Under the pieces are notes generated by a model. That model was not told the origin of the DNA. It did not search any database and worked only from the letters and a program-made list of their open reading frames with translations. A stretch of DNA of 64,000 bases. It comes from a virus. The first letter of the stretch is position 1, and the number at the start of each line of letters is the position of its first letter. The stretch lies in the IMG/VR virus record IMGVR_UViG_3300031965_000005, positions 1 to 64,000 of that record; one strand, written 5' to 3'. Shown here piece by piece: positions 17,150-26,433 of the stretch. The translations under genes and the position numbers were made by a program.

Positions 17150-17470
17150 TTACTTAGATAAGTCTGGATCTTCTTCAAGACCAAGCCGACGCCTATCGGC
17201 ATTTGACATTACATTCCCCACCTTTATATCGTCTCCAATGAAAAATCTACTGCCTCCCCCAGCGTCACCTAGAGAATCCTTCTTAAATCTAATGTTAGGA
17301 TTATTGATTTGACATTCAAAGATCGAACCATCTTCGTGATGGACATTAAAAGTCTTATCTCCCGTCCTCTCCATCTTAGTGGGCTGAGTATTACCTTTCT
17401 TTAACTTTTTACTTGCCCAGACCTCTTGACCTTTGTTAATAACTGTCTTGGGGGTAATAATATTGCTCAT
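17150..17470 (-). CDS. hypothetical protein
   Basis: 106 aa. ATGA overlap with the MuF gene. Confidence 0.55.
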   Translation of the reverse strand: MSNIITPKTVINKGQEVWASKKLKKGNTQPTKMERTGDKTFNVHHEDGSIFECQINNPNIRFKKDSLGDAGGGSRFFIGDDIKVGNVMSNADRRRLGLEEDPDLSK

Positions 17471-20028
17471 CTTGAGGGTTTTTCTTTATATTTAAAGTCT
17501 AATTGATATTTCGTATTACCTAATTTAGAATAAAAATCTGCAGCTTCAGGAGCTTCTTTCATCTCAGAGACCTTGGCATACTCTGACGGCCTCTTATCAG
17601 CATATCTCATCTCTGCAATGCCGTCTCGCATGACAATAACAGATTCCTGATTCCCTTCTGAAGGACTTAGAGCGAAATCCACAGCGGCATCTAAGTCTAC
17701 ATCACTTTTGGGAGTTGCGATGTAGCTACGTTCTTTAGTGCCATATTGCCCCTCTTGCATAACTAAGTCATCAGATAGGTTTTGCAATACCCTCTTAGCG
17801 GCAATACTTCTTCTATAATTTTCTTCTGGTCTGAGGTTACCTCTCTCCCCTGACATAATGAGGCGAGTTCCTGTCGATAGATGCTCTTTAATTCCCTCAA
17901 AAGTTTCTAATTTTTGTGGAACTGAAGTCTCTGGGGTATCTTCTCCAATATCCGCCCCACCGCCGCCACCGGAAGTGAATTTCCCCGATTCATCTCTAAG
18001 ATGTTCTTCTTCTCGAAACTCTGCTTTAATTAATTCATGTGCCACAGGTTTCTTAGCATCTCGGCTGTATACCCAATCTTTAAATGGTTTTATGTCCATC
18101 TCACTGAGAGCGCCCAGACCTTGCCACCCTTTGTCATAGTTGGACAAGTATCCCTCTCTGGCGGCCTTTGCATCTTTAAATCCCAACAAGACCTTGTGTT
18201 CGTCAAATTGTCCAGTATCTGGCTTGATCTGGTCAATAACAAAGACTTTCTCGCTTTCCAAATCAGATCCCAAAAAGACATCTACTTGCTCTTTATCCCC
18301 GCCCTCAGTCTGTTTAATATACCCGTAGTGATTATTTAGCTTAGTAGACCACTTATTTCCATTTCTATCTATTCCTGACCTCACTGAACCTTTAGGATTC
18401 TCGATCGAAATATCTAAGCCATGAATGTGCACATGACCCTTTTTATAATTGCCATTTTCTTTCTGATTCTCAGTCGGAATTTCTACTTCACTGGCGGCTT
18501 CTTCAATTCTCGCCTTCGTATCTGCTTTATGTACAGAGTTCAAATGCTGCTTGAGTTCCTCGTACGTAGCCTTCCAATCACCATCAAATCTAACAGCTTT
18601 ATCATCAACATATGCGGCAGCTAGGGGCTTCCCTGGATTCGCCCCAACAGGTTGTCTCGGATTGTAGTTTATGTAATCATAAATGATACCATGATACTTA
18701 AGATGATCTGCAATATCTTTCCTATTGCCCCTTACTGTATGGATTATGATTGTATATCCTTCTTCTTTCAACTTTGCTACCACTTCAGAAGCACCTGAAA
18801 TGGGATCTCCTAATACATTTATGTCATCGGTTATTTGCAAGATCGTACCATCTAAATCTATCGCTACTACCTTTGATTGATCAATAGATTCTCTCTTTAC
18901 TAGACTTGGAGATTCTACAAACTTATCGAGTCCTGGTTGACCATTCCAAAAGTCTGAAAGACTATCAGGCAAAGGAGCAGGTTCCCATAATTCTATGCAT
19001 CTACAATTTGAACGACATTGATTGGTGCCAGCTTCCATTCGAAATTGTGTAATGGTCATCCATTTGGCGTCATTATTCTCACACCCTTCACAGACTCCAT
19101 CATCATGCCTGGTATGCCAGTATCCTCCCATCAAAACTACACCAACGGGCAGTCCGGTTTCCCGATCTAGTTTGGGTTCCCCCGTTGGTTCTCCAGTCTC
19201 TGGATCAATTTCCTGGACATCTTTAATAGCTTGGCCTGTGCCTGCTGCAAGTAATACACTACCGAGAGCAGCAGCAAATTTAGGCAATCTATATGATTCT
19301 TTATTGTGGGCTTCTTCTACGGCTTGAAACAGTTTCTCAGGAGATTCATACTCTGCTTCTAAAGCTTTCTCGTAATCAGAGAATGCATCGCCCACTAGAA
19401 CTGCGAGAAATAACTCATTCCAATTCTCTTTCTCTTCTAAGATTTCCCTATCAACATCTGACAGGTCATCACTAATCTCTTGATCTGTCATAATCTGTCC
19501 ACGCTGCTTGCCAAGTTTGTATGCATCTTCGAATAGGGGCTTAGCGGCTCCCTTAAGCTCCTCTTTCATTTCTTCGAGCTTAGGTTTCAAAATTTCATTC
19601 TTTTTGGCCTTTAAATATCGAGCCATAAGCAACTTTCGCCGTGTCGAATCTTTCTCGGCTCTGACTTGAGCAAGAGTAGGGATAGCTAATATGGCAAGAG
19701 AGACTCGATCCTTCTCTTCTTCTTTATTATCTTCTTGTTTCTCCACTGTCTCTGGTAAGTCCTCTGCTTGGACTATACGCGAAATTTCTCGCCGATATCG
19801 ATCCCAAATGGATTTCATACGTTTGGTATATTTGTCAATGAGCTTGTCTACTTTCTTACCAATTTTAACTGGAACATTACGCTTGCGCATCGCCCCCAAG
19901 TATTCGCCACTAAACTCAATAGATTCTACTAACGGATAGGACTTGGTAGACGTTACAAAGGTCACTTTATCATTATATATCTTCCTCAGCTTTTCGATAG
20001 GCTGAGGCTCATCTAGTACAATTTTCAT
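17467..20028 (-). CDS. MuF/SPP1 gp7-like head morphogenesis polyvalent protein (MuF + HAD-like + pyrophosphatase-like + unknown C-terminal domain)
   Basis: 853 aa, directly after portal. MuF hallmark: GGYWHTRHDDGVCEGCENND...CRSNCRCIE (aa ~300-346). HAD-type: VVAIDLDGTI...IIIHTVRG...YVDDKAV (aa ~386-480). PPase-like: SIENPKGSVRSG...YGYIKQTEGGDKEQVDVFLG (aa ~540-590). Linker: EEHLRDESGKFTSGGGGG. Confidence 0.7.
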   Translation of the reverse strand: MKIVLDEPQPIEKLRKIYNDKVTFVTSTKSYPLVESIEFSGEYLGAMRKRNVPVKIGKKVDKLIDKYTKRMKSIWDRYRREISRIVQAEDLPETVEKQEDNKEEEKDRVSLAILAIPTLAQVRAEKDSTRRKLLMARYLKAKKNEILKPKLEEMKEELKGAAKPLFEDAYKLGKQRGQIMTDQEISDDLSDVDREILEEKENWNELFLAVLVGDAFSDYEKALEAEYESPEKLFQAVEEAHNKESYRLPKFAAALGSVLLAAGTGQAIKDVQEIDPETGEPTGEPKLDRETGLPVGVVLMGGYWHTRHDDGVCEGCENNDAKWMTITQFRMEAGTNQCRSNCRCIELWEPAPLPDSLSDFWNGQPGLDKFVESPSLVKRESIDQSKVVAIDLDGTILQITDDINVLGDPISGASEVVAKLKEEGYTIIIHTVRGNRKDIADHLKYHGIIYDYINYNPRQPVGANPGKPLAAAYVDDKAVRFDGDWKATYEELKQHLNSVHKADTKARIEEAASEVEIPTENQKENGNYKKGHVHIHGLDISIENPKGSVRSGIDRNGNKWSTKLNNHYGYIKQTEGGDKEQVDVFLGSDLESEKVFVIDQIKPDTGQFDEHKVLLGFKDAKAAREGYLSNYDKGWQGLGALSEMDIKPFKDWVYSRDAKKPVAHELIKAEFREEEHLRDESGKFTSGGGGGADIGEDTPETSVPQKLETFEGIKEHLSTGTRLIMSGERGNLRPEENYRRSIAAKRVLQNLSDDLVMQEGQYGTKERSYIATPKSDVDLDAAVDFALSPSEGNQESVIVMRDGIAEMRYADKRPSEYAKVSEMKEAPEAADFYSKLGNTKYQLDFKYKEKPSR

Positions 20029-20242
20029 CCGATTTCTTTTTGTAGACTATATTCCAGCGATTGGGAACATTGGAACAATCACTTACTGAATCATATAGAA
20101 ATGCGCTGAATATAATGACATTACCACATTTGCCACACATCAATCCCTGTGCTACCGTTCTCGCTGTGACTGGTGGCAACAACGAAGTCGGAAATGACAT
20201 TACATATAAGCAGTTGTCGCAAATAATATTGGCTGATGTCAT
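20009..20242 (-). CDS. small zinc-ribbon protein
   Basis: 77 aa with CDNC...CGKCG. 4-nt overlap with the portal stop. Confidence 0.45.
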   Translation of the reverse strand: MTSANIICDNCLYVMSFPTSLLPPVTARTVAQGLMCGKCGNVIIFSAFLYDSVSDCSNVPNRWNIVYKKKSDENCTR

Positions 20243-22053
20243 TTGTCCTTTTCGATCTGTTTTTCATCTGAAAATCCAATCTTAATAGTTGCTTCGACCC
20301 CTCTATTTTGTAATTCTTTTACAACATCGTGGATCATTTCATGTTGCTTAGCAACTGGCTTTCTTCGATTGACCTTCAAATTGAGATTAGTAGGCTCAGC
20401 CACCCCAGCTTCCGCTTGCGCCCCCGATTCTCGGTTCGCATCTGGGGTAGGGGTTGGACTCTCAGTGGCTGAAGCAGAAGGTTCTTCGCCATTAATATCC
20501 TCCTGATCTTCTTCCCCTTTCTCAAGAGTAACGACAGGAACTAACCCTGCGGCAGAAGTAACCGTTACTGCATCACCACCATCGATAGGCTTTAATCCAA
20601 GCTTGCGTCGTCTATCATTTCTAGAAATGACTCCACCCTGAATGTCTTGATGATCTATATTAGATTCTTTTTGTTCATCAGTTAAATCCATATCCTGCCA
20701 TTCAAACTTAACATCTTTAAATGAAAATCCAGATTTAACGATCTCATCATTATAATAGCATTTTAGCAGATGGAGAACACTTCTAACCCCACGAGCTTGT
20801 GATATGTCTAGTTGAGTCTCTGAAGTGGTGCGATGAAAATCCATCGTAAATCCAATATCTTGGGGCGATAGACCATAACATGCAGTCTTAATAGCCAACG
20901 TCCACTTCAAATATTCCATCATCTGCATATCACGGTTTGAATTTATCCTCATTGGAATAAACTTCGCGCCTTCAGTCCCACTCATGAACATCATACGATG
21001 AATACTACCACGTTTCCCTTGAACTTCGGCTTCCCACAAGCGCTGAAACATCTTACGCTGGTCTTCTGTAACATCTTTTCCTAAATCTAATACCCCTGGC
21101 GGAACGTTCGAGTTCTTAAAGTAGTCAATATTATACTCATCTGCGTAAATGCCAGCCGTGATGATATAAGCAGCAACTTCTAGAGGACTAAGACCATAAC
21201 CACTAGCTTGAGGATTCAGCATGATGAAGATAAGCTCATCCCAAGTAAATTCGGCTCTAGTGATGCCTGAATCCTCCCAGACATAAGCAGGTTCTGGGGG
21301 TTGAGGAACCGTTCGGTCTTCATTCCTATATATTCTTACTTGGTGTCCTGGAATGGTGTAAAGCTCTGCTAACTCTCCACGCATATTGTGATTCTTGACA
21401 ATTACCCCAGCGTCATAAACTAAGAGATCATCTACTACCAACTCCTGCAAAGCTCGAAAATTACTCTCTACTCCTTGGGTACTAGGTTGCTCGAAGATCC
21501 TGCGCACAGTCGGCCTATGACTCTCTGCTTCCTCTTTAATGCGGCGAGTGGCTGAAGCAAAACACCATTGAATAGCTTTTTTCTTTTCCGATGAATCTAC
21601 TGAAAGATTTAATATCTCTCTAAGCTTACTTCTTATGCTTTCGGCAATCTCAGGTTGCAAGTAGACGGGCTTAAATGTAATGGCTTCTGTTGGATCAATG
21701 GCATATGGGGATAAATAAGCCAAGGCGTAATCTTCCCATCGATTTAATTCTTCCTCCATCTTCTCAGTATCGACAATTATATCCCATTCAGCTTGGTTTA
21801 CAAAGGATTTTATAGTTCTACGTATAGACCATGTAATGGGATCAGTATTAGCTAATCTTTGGAGAGTGGCCGCATTAAGAGTAAATATGCGCTGCTGTTT
21901 TTTATTGACTAATGAATTAAAGAATGACCAAATACCCTTTCTGCCCTCCGGAACGGGTCTGTCGGGGTCATTCACTCTTTTAGCAAACGCCTGTAGATTT
22001 TGCCTAGCTAGTTCTGCAAAATTAAAAGGATTGATCTTACTAAACAGAGCCAT
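20239..22053 (-). CDS. portal protein
   Basis: 604 aa. Portal-family core (GLSPLEVAAYII...YFKNSNVPPGVLDLGKDVTEDQ...GKRGSIHRMMFMSG) and an acidic C-terminal tail. Lies upstream of MuF, protease and capsid. Confidence 0.85.
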   Translation of the reverse strand: MALFSKINPFNFAELARQNLQAFAKRVNDPDRPVPEGRKGIWSFFNSLVNKKQQRIFTLNAATLQRLANTDPITWSIRRTIKSFVNQAEWDIIVDTEKMEEELNRWEDYALAYLSPYAIDPTEAITFKPVYLQPEIAESIRSKLREILNLSVDSSEKKKAIQWCFASATRRIKEEAESHRPTVRRIFEQPSTQGVESNFRALQELVVDDLLVYDAGVIVKNHNMRGELAELYTIPGHQVRIYRNEDRTVPQPPEPAYVWEDSGITRAEFTWDELIFIMLNPQASGYGLSPLEVAAYIITAGIYADEYNIDYFKNSNVPPGVLDLGKDVTEDQRKMFQRLWEAEVQGKRGSIHRMMFMSGTEGAKFIPMRINSNRDMQMMEYLKWTLAIKTACYGLSPQDIGFTMDFHRTTSETQLDISQARGVRSVLHLLKCYYNDEIVKSGFSFKDVKFEWQDMDLTDEQKESNIDHQDIQGGVISRNDRRRKLGLKPIDGGDAVTVTSAAGLVPVVTLEKGEEDQEDINGEEPSASATESPTPTPDANRESGAQAEAGVAEPTNLNLKVNRRKPVAKQHEMIHDVVKELQNRGVEATIKIGFSDEKQIEKDK

Positions 22054-22442
22054 TACTTGTTCTCCGCGAAAGCCTTAGTTATGGCTACCACAACTTTATG
22101 CTCAAATTCGTCAACCGTCTTTTTCATAACTCTCCTAGCTCTGGTATCCTTTGTAGAAACAGATATCAACTTTCTTGCCATCTCAACTATCTCATTAAGC
22201 CTAACATGCAGCAATTCGTGTATCACTGTTGGTTCTAATTCGCTAGGTTCTTCTAGCAACTTGTCTTTATTCAAATACAATGAAGCCTCTCTTAATTCTT
22301 CATCAGTATTAATTTTTGCCCAATCACCCCGCAAAGTTTTATTATCTCCCCATGTTAGATTAAATGTGTAGTCTGCAATACCTAGCTTGTTTACCCATAC
22401 TCCAATCAACTTTTCGGCTTTCCTTTCCAATCTAATGCTCAT
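22053..22442 (-). CDS. small HExxH metallopeptidase-like protein
   Basis: 129 aa with VIHELLHVRL. TAATG junction with portal. Confidence 0.45.
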   Translation of the reverse strand: MSIRLERKAEKLIGVWVNKLGIADYTFNLTWGDNKTLRGDWAKINTDEELREASLYLNKDKLLEEPSELEPTVIHELLHVRLNEIVEMARKLISVSTKDTRARRVMKKTVDEFEHKVVVAITKAFAENK

Positions 22443-22460
22443 TTGTTGCCGATCTCCAGA

Positions 22461-22802
22461 TTATACTAAATGAGATTGAGTGCCCCCTTCAAATTCACCC
22501 GTAACGTATCTAACTGGCGGTGTTACATCGCTATATGAATCCGCCCCTTGCACAGCACAAGATCCCACTCTTGAATTAGTATTTTTAGGCTTCTGTCCAT
22601 AAGGAGCACCCGCAGCTTTAGCTTTCTTTCTAGGTCTATAGGTTTGGGGCCAACCATTACCTGTCCTCATTATAGATGCTCCACCCGCATCCCCATGCTC
22701 TCCTGCGAATTGTGGAGTTCCAGCTATGGGGCTAATCTGTTTGCTAAAAAGCATCATCTTAGATATGGCATTTCTTATAGCCCCCAACTCCTCAGAGGTC
22801 AT
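22461..22802 (-). CDS. hypothetical protein
   Basis: 113 aa, Gly/Pro/Lys-rich middle. Confidence 0.5.
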   Translation of the reverse strand: MTSEELGAIRNAISKMMLFSKQISPIAGTPQFAGEHGDAGGASIMRTGNGWPQTYRPRKKAKAAGAPYGQKPKNTNSRVGSCAVQGADSYSDVTPPVRYVTGEFEGGTQSHLV

Positions 22803-23098
22803 TATCTATTGCCCCACATCTTGCCAAATAATTGTAGACCTGTCCACATTAAACCGACGATGATAACTACTGCTTTAGTGCACACGGAAATAAACCGAGC
22901 TACTGCATCCATATCAGCTTGTCTACGGGATACGACAGCCACCATGTCCTTTACCTCCGCTATTTGATGGGGTAAATGGTTCGTGACTCTTGCCTTGATC
23001 TCGGCTAAATCATTACCCATCTCTTCATGCTTAGCTGTCATAGTGGCATAATCAACTTCAAGTTTCCCCAATCTGTCGTATATATCAGAGTCTGCCAT
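22802..23098 (-). CDS. coiled-coil protein with C-terminal TM anchor
   Basis: Start trimmed to MADSDIYDRL (TAATG junction at 23096-23100). C-terminal VVIIVGLMWTGLQLF. Confidence 0.45.
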   Translation of the reverse strand: MADSDIYDRLGKLEVDYATMTAKHEEMGNDLAEIKARVTNHLPHQIAEVKDMVAVVSRRQADMDAVARFISVCTKAVVIIVGLMWTGLQLFGKMWGNR

Positions 23099-23373
23099 TA
23101 TTTTATAACTTTCCAAATTAGGTGAAGAGGTAGCGCAATTCCCATCACAAGGACTACAGCTGTGAGAATCCATGCTTCCTCTTTATGTACAACGGAGTAC
23201 GCCCAAAATTGCTGGCTGAGTGTTCTTCCAGTTTTTACCTTAGAGGCTAATTCAAATCCGGCCAATAGCAATGTCACCGCTGTCCAAAACCATACCCACC
23301 AATATAATTTGGCAAAGTAGAAAGCGGCTATTAACATAGAAACAAACAAAACTGCTATTACTGCGTCCATCAT
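23098..23373 (-). CDS. three-TM small membrane protein (holin-like)
   Basis: 91 aa with three hydrophobic helices and a charged C-terminus. Confidence 0.4.
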   Translation of the reverse strand: MMDAVIAVLFVSMLIAAFYFAKLYWWVWFWTAVTLLLAGFELASKVKTGRTLSQQFWAYSVVHKEEAWILTAVVLVMGIALPLHLIWKVIK

Positions 23374-23999
23374 GATTTTATGTAAGTGACTCTAATTTTA
23401 TCTTGAGCCACAGGAGCATTAGCGAATGTAATTGTATCTCCTGAGATTGTATAATCATTACCTGCGCCTGAATCTAGGAGTTGCCCATTAAGATAGACCT
23501 CTTCGGTTCCGGTCAGAGGTGTATTTGCTAAGGTAAAATCGGTGTTTACACCATCTTGTGTTCCAGCAGGAGTTTCGCGGGTTACAAAATCGTCTCTATG
23601 AGATATAATATGATTCGTAATGTTGTCCCTATAAGTTAGTCGTGTAGGATTCGCGTCTGTTCTATATATTGAAAATGTTCTATCATTAAATGTTGATACA
23701 GTAAATCTAACAGAGGGATGTCCTATATCCCCCGTAACATTCACATCACCCCTTAAATTTACGGCGGTCGGTTGAAAGGTTATCGGGGCAAATAATGAGC
23801 TAAAATCTCCACCTGCTGCTGTATTTGAGCCAATAGAAATTAATCCGCTCAAATTTTGAATACGCCACAAACCCCCTGCTGTAATTGATGTATCAGTATC
23901 CCGCAATATATACTTAGGGTCAGCGCTCTCCACACGCGGATTCTGTGATGTTATAGGATCTAATCTAAGTTGTCTATCATGTAACACTGTCACGGCCAT
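23370..23999 (-). CDS. fibre-like protein carrying the shared C-terminal module
   Basis: 209 aa. C-terminal ETPAGTQDGVNTDFTLANTP...VYLNGQLLDSGAGNDYTISGDTITFANAP. Confidence 0.55.
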   Translation of the reverse strand: MAVTVLHDRQLRLDPITSQNPRVESADPKYILRDTDTSITAGGLWRIQNLSGLISIGSNTAAGGDFSSLFAPITFQPTAVNLRGDVNVTGDIGHPSVRFTVSTFNDRTFSIYRTDANPTRLTYRDNITNHIISHRDDFVTRETPAGTQDGVNTDFTLANTPLTGTEEVYLNGQLLDSGAGNDYTISGDTITFANAPVAQDKIRVTYIKS

Positions 24000-24025
24000 T
24001 TCGGATTAAAACTCCTTCTATTAAT

Positions 24026-24196
24026 TTATTCTGCCACTTCTTCTACTGATTCTCTTTTAATACATTGACCGCAATAAGCACAAATAACTTCTTTATACCG
24101 CAGAACTTTATTTTGTTCATCTTGCGGTAGTGTAGTATAATCTTGACAAAAAACCATAACTATTTTATTACAACTTGGACAAAAGTCAGTTTCCAT
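24026..24196 (-). CDS. 56-aa zinc-ribbon protein (below track cutoff)
   Basis: My translation is METDFCPSCNK...ICAYCGQC...VAE. Its ATG overlaps the upstream stop. Confidence 0.4.
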   Translation of the reverse strand: METDFCPSCNKIVMVFCQDYTTLPQDEQNKVLRYKEVICAYCGQCIKRESVEEVAE

Positions 24197-24416
24197 TATT
24201 TCTTTTCTTCTTTTTAGGCTTTCTAACCCCTAAATCTTCACGAGTCAATTCTAATCCGAAGACATCGCTTTCCATAGCTTTATACATGGATGTCAATCGA
24301 TTCAACTTCCCAATCAAATCACGTACAGTATCTATAGATTTCTTAGGAACTTTATGAGGAACATCTAGTCTCTCAGCGTTCCATTCTGGATATATAAAAT
24401 CAGCCTGTTTGTTCAT
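24186..24416 (-). CDS. hypothetical protein
   Basis: 76 aa with a basic C-terminus. Confidence 0.5.
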   Translation of the reverse strand: MNKQADFIYPEWNAERLDVPHKVPKKSIDTVRDLIGKLNRLTSMYKAMESDVFGLELTREDLGVRKPKKKKRNNGN

Positions 24417-24648
24417 TTACTTCAATAAATTTACTCTCAAATTCTTCTTGTGTCATTACCATTTGATTGCCTTGTGGATCTTGTACGACGTAGCTACCAC
24501 TTCTATATTTTTGTATTCTCTTTTCTCTTGATTGGAGTATAAAATCTCGGTGTATCTGTATGGCCTTGGCTGTGTAAGTGGAATTGTTGTTTTCTATGTA
24601 TTCCTTAGCGTCTTTCATAATATTTCCACACCCGCAAGGATTAAACAT
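24400..24648 (-). CDS. hypothetical protein
   Basis: 82 aa. Confidence 0.5.
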   Translation of the reverse strand: MFNPCGCGNIMKDAKEYIENNNSTYTAKAIQIHRDFILQSREKRIQKYRSGSYVVQDPQGNQMVMTQEEFESKFIEVNEQTG

Positions 24649-24652
24649 CAGT

Positions 24653-24919
24653 TTATCTAATTGTAGCCAAAATTTCGTAGTTTACTGATCCGGCGGAAGA
24701 TTTCACCATGATCTTCCCCACTGAAACCTCCAAAGAGACAGACTTACCAATGCCTAGAGTCTTAAATGTAGCTCCACCATCAAAGCTTACCAACAGATTA
24801 TTAGTCGCATCCATATTCTCGATGGTGATGGAATTGACCCCCACACCTAGGTTAACATCAGCCGCCGTTGTATTGGCCGCCCCATTAATATGCTTAACTC
24901 CACCAGCAATTGTAGCCAT
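24653..24919 (-). CDS. hypothetical beta-rich protein
   Basis: 88 aa. Confidence 0.5.
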   Translation of the reverse strand: MATIAGGVKHINGAANTTAADVNLGVGVNSITIENMDATNNLLVSFDGGATFKTLGIGKSVSLEVSVGKIMVKSSAGSVNYEILATIR

Positions 24920-24933
24920 ATCTTATTTATTCC

Positions 24934-25119
24934 TCAATTTTTGGGATAGTCGTTCCGATAGAACCCAGCGCCCCTAAAAATAAATCCGCCGATCTGAGAT
25001 ATAATCTTTTTCATAATGCCGCCACAACCTTCATGCTTTCTACTAACTTTACAGTCTACCATATGACGAATTTCTGTAATTTTTCTACATTTTTGACATT
25101 CGTACTCGTAAATCGGCAT
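24934..25119 (-). CDS. FmdB-type zinc-ribbon protein
   Basis: MPIYEYECQKCRK...HEGCGG matches the CxxC_CxxC_SSSS / FmdB pattern. Confidence 0.55.
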   Translation of the reverse strand: MPIYEYECQKCRKITEIRHMVDCKVSRKHEGCGGIMKKIISQIGGFIFRGAGFYRNDYPKN

Positions 25120-25252
25120 TAACTATGAGCCCAATTTTCTACCCGTTTAAATAGCCAATCGGAGCACCGAAAGATTCCCATACCTATCCATACAAAAGCT
25201 AATAATGGAACAGTGATTATAAACCCTACAATCTGCTTCGTCGTCCTGTTCA
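25118..25252 (-). CDS. 44-aa single-TM peptide (below track cutoff)
   Basis: GAGGTG RBS. My translation is MNRTTKQIVGFIITVPLLAFVWIGMGIF.... TAATG junction with the next gene. Confidence 0.4.
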
Positions 25253-25256
25253 TATT

Positions 25257-25715
25257 TCACCTCGACAGCAAGGCCGCTAAAATACAAGCTCCTTGCATAG
25301 CCCCCGTAGCTACTTCTACGACATGCCAAGTGAACCAATTATATCTAAGTGATAACCAATAAAGAGGGATAAAGGTTAGTAACGTTGCTACAGGCCATAC
25401 CCATGACCAATACACAAACATTGCCGGAATGCCTAGGAGAAGCGCAACTAAAGATCTTTCTACCCAATTCTTTCTTTCACCATATCCCATAGCATTTGCT
25501 ACCATCATAAGCGCGGCAGCCATTACAATAGGACGAAAAGATATTCCATTTGTTAGTAATACTAGTCCACATACAACAGGCCAAATATACCTGCGCCATG
25601 CCTTATCTAAATCTGGCACTTCCGGATGATCGCACTCATCTCCGCAACCGCCCAGGAACCACAGAACTCCACCGATTGGAACTAGAAGAAGATTAAGCAA
25701 TAAGATCACAACCAT
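25257..25715 (-). CDS. polytopic membrane protein
   Basis: 152 aa with 4-5 hydrophobic helices. Confidence 0.55.
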   Translation of the reverse strand: MVVILLLNLLLVPIGGVLWFLGGCGDECDHPEVPDLDKAWRRYIWPVVCGLVLLTNGISFRPIVMAAALMMVANAMGYGERKNWVERSLVALLLGIPAMFVYWSWVWPVATLLTFIPLYWLSLRYNWFTWHVVEVATGAMQGACILAALLSR

Positions 25716-25894
25716 CTCCTAAACAAATAAACCAACCAAAGTTTGAAGTCTGCCCATCTACTTTCCAACATGTCGGAACTATATTCTCCACCATGCATAA
25801 TATATTTAACTGCATCTCGCGTATTGTGATCTTTTTCAGATCCCACAAAATTATATATCTTTTGGTAAGTCTTCTTCGTCCGTCGCTTTCTCAT
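25706..25894 (-). CDS. hypothetical basic protein
   Basis: 62 aa. Confidence 0.45.
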   Translation of the reverse strand: MRKRRTKKTYQKIYNFVGSEKDHNTRDAVKYIMHGGEYSSDMLESRWADFKLWLVYLFRRWL

Positions 25895-26076
25895 TCGACC
25901 TCCACGCAGCTAGCCCACTCTCTCAAATCTTCAGCTTTGATCACAAATCCTGAAGCTCGCAGAAATGCTACAAAATGAGTCATCAATTCCGCCCAAGTCT
26001 CTTCTCCCGATTCTATATCAAACGTCACCGCCACTTGATCTGTCTTATCTGTCATTTTCATTAATTTATACATCAT
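25891..26076 (-). CDS. hypothetical acidic protein
   Basis: 61 aa. ATGA overlap. Confidence 0.5.
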   Translation of the reverse strand: MMYKLMKMTDKTDQVAVTFDIESGEETWAELMTHFVAFLRASGFVIKAEDLREWASCVEVE

Positions 26077-26205
26077 TTACACCTCAGGTTCAACCGCGTC
26101 AGATCCCATGCTAGCTTCATGGCTGGAAAGATTGGTTCTCCAGTCTTGCGGATTAGCTTGTACTGCTTAAACCAAAGAGACAAAGCCTCCAATATTCTTT
26201 TCCAT

Positions 26206-26433
26206 CTAGGTTTGTGTTGGAGCTTCATCGTTGTTACCATCAGCAATTTTCTCTACCGTGTAAGTTTCTTTATCATAGCGGTACATATCAATTACTTTCC
26301 AAGTGCCAACCTTCGTAATGAAGGTATCCCCCTTACTTAATTTCCTTCCCAACTTTTTCTCTAGAGCCTGCTGTGGAACGCTCTGAATCTCTCCGCTCAT
26401 GAAGTTATGACTCTTCTTTATGTTCGGCCTCAC
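26206..26433 (-). CDS. hypothetical protein
   Basis: 75 aa. Confidence 0.5.
   Translation of the reverse strand: MRPNIKKSHNFMSGEIQSVPQQALEKKLGRKLSKGDTFITKVGTWKVIDMYRYDKETYTVEKIADGNNDEAPTQT

Noticed and set aside
25147-25338. 63-aa ORF overlapping the 3' end of the membrane protein gene
   Set aside because: It overlaps 25257..25715 out of frame by 82 nt. A 44-aa TM peptide ORF (25118..25252) with a GAGGTG RBS and a TAATG junction explains the region better.
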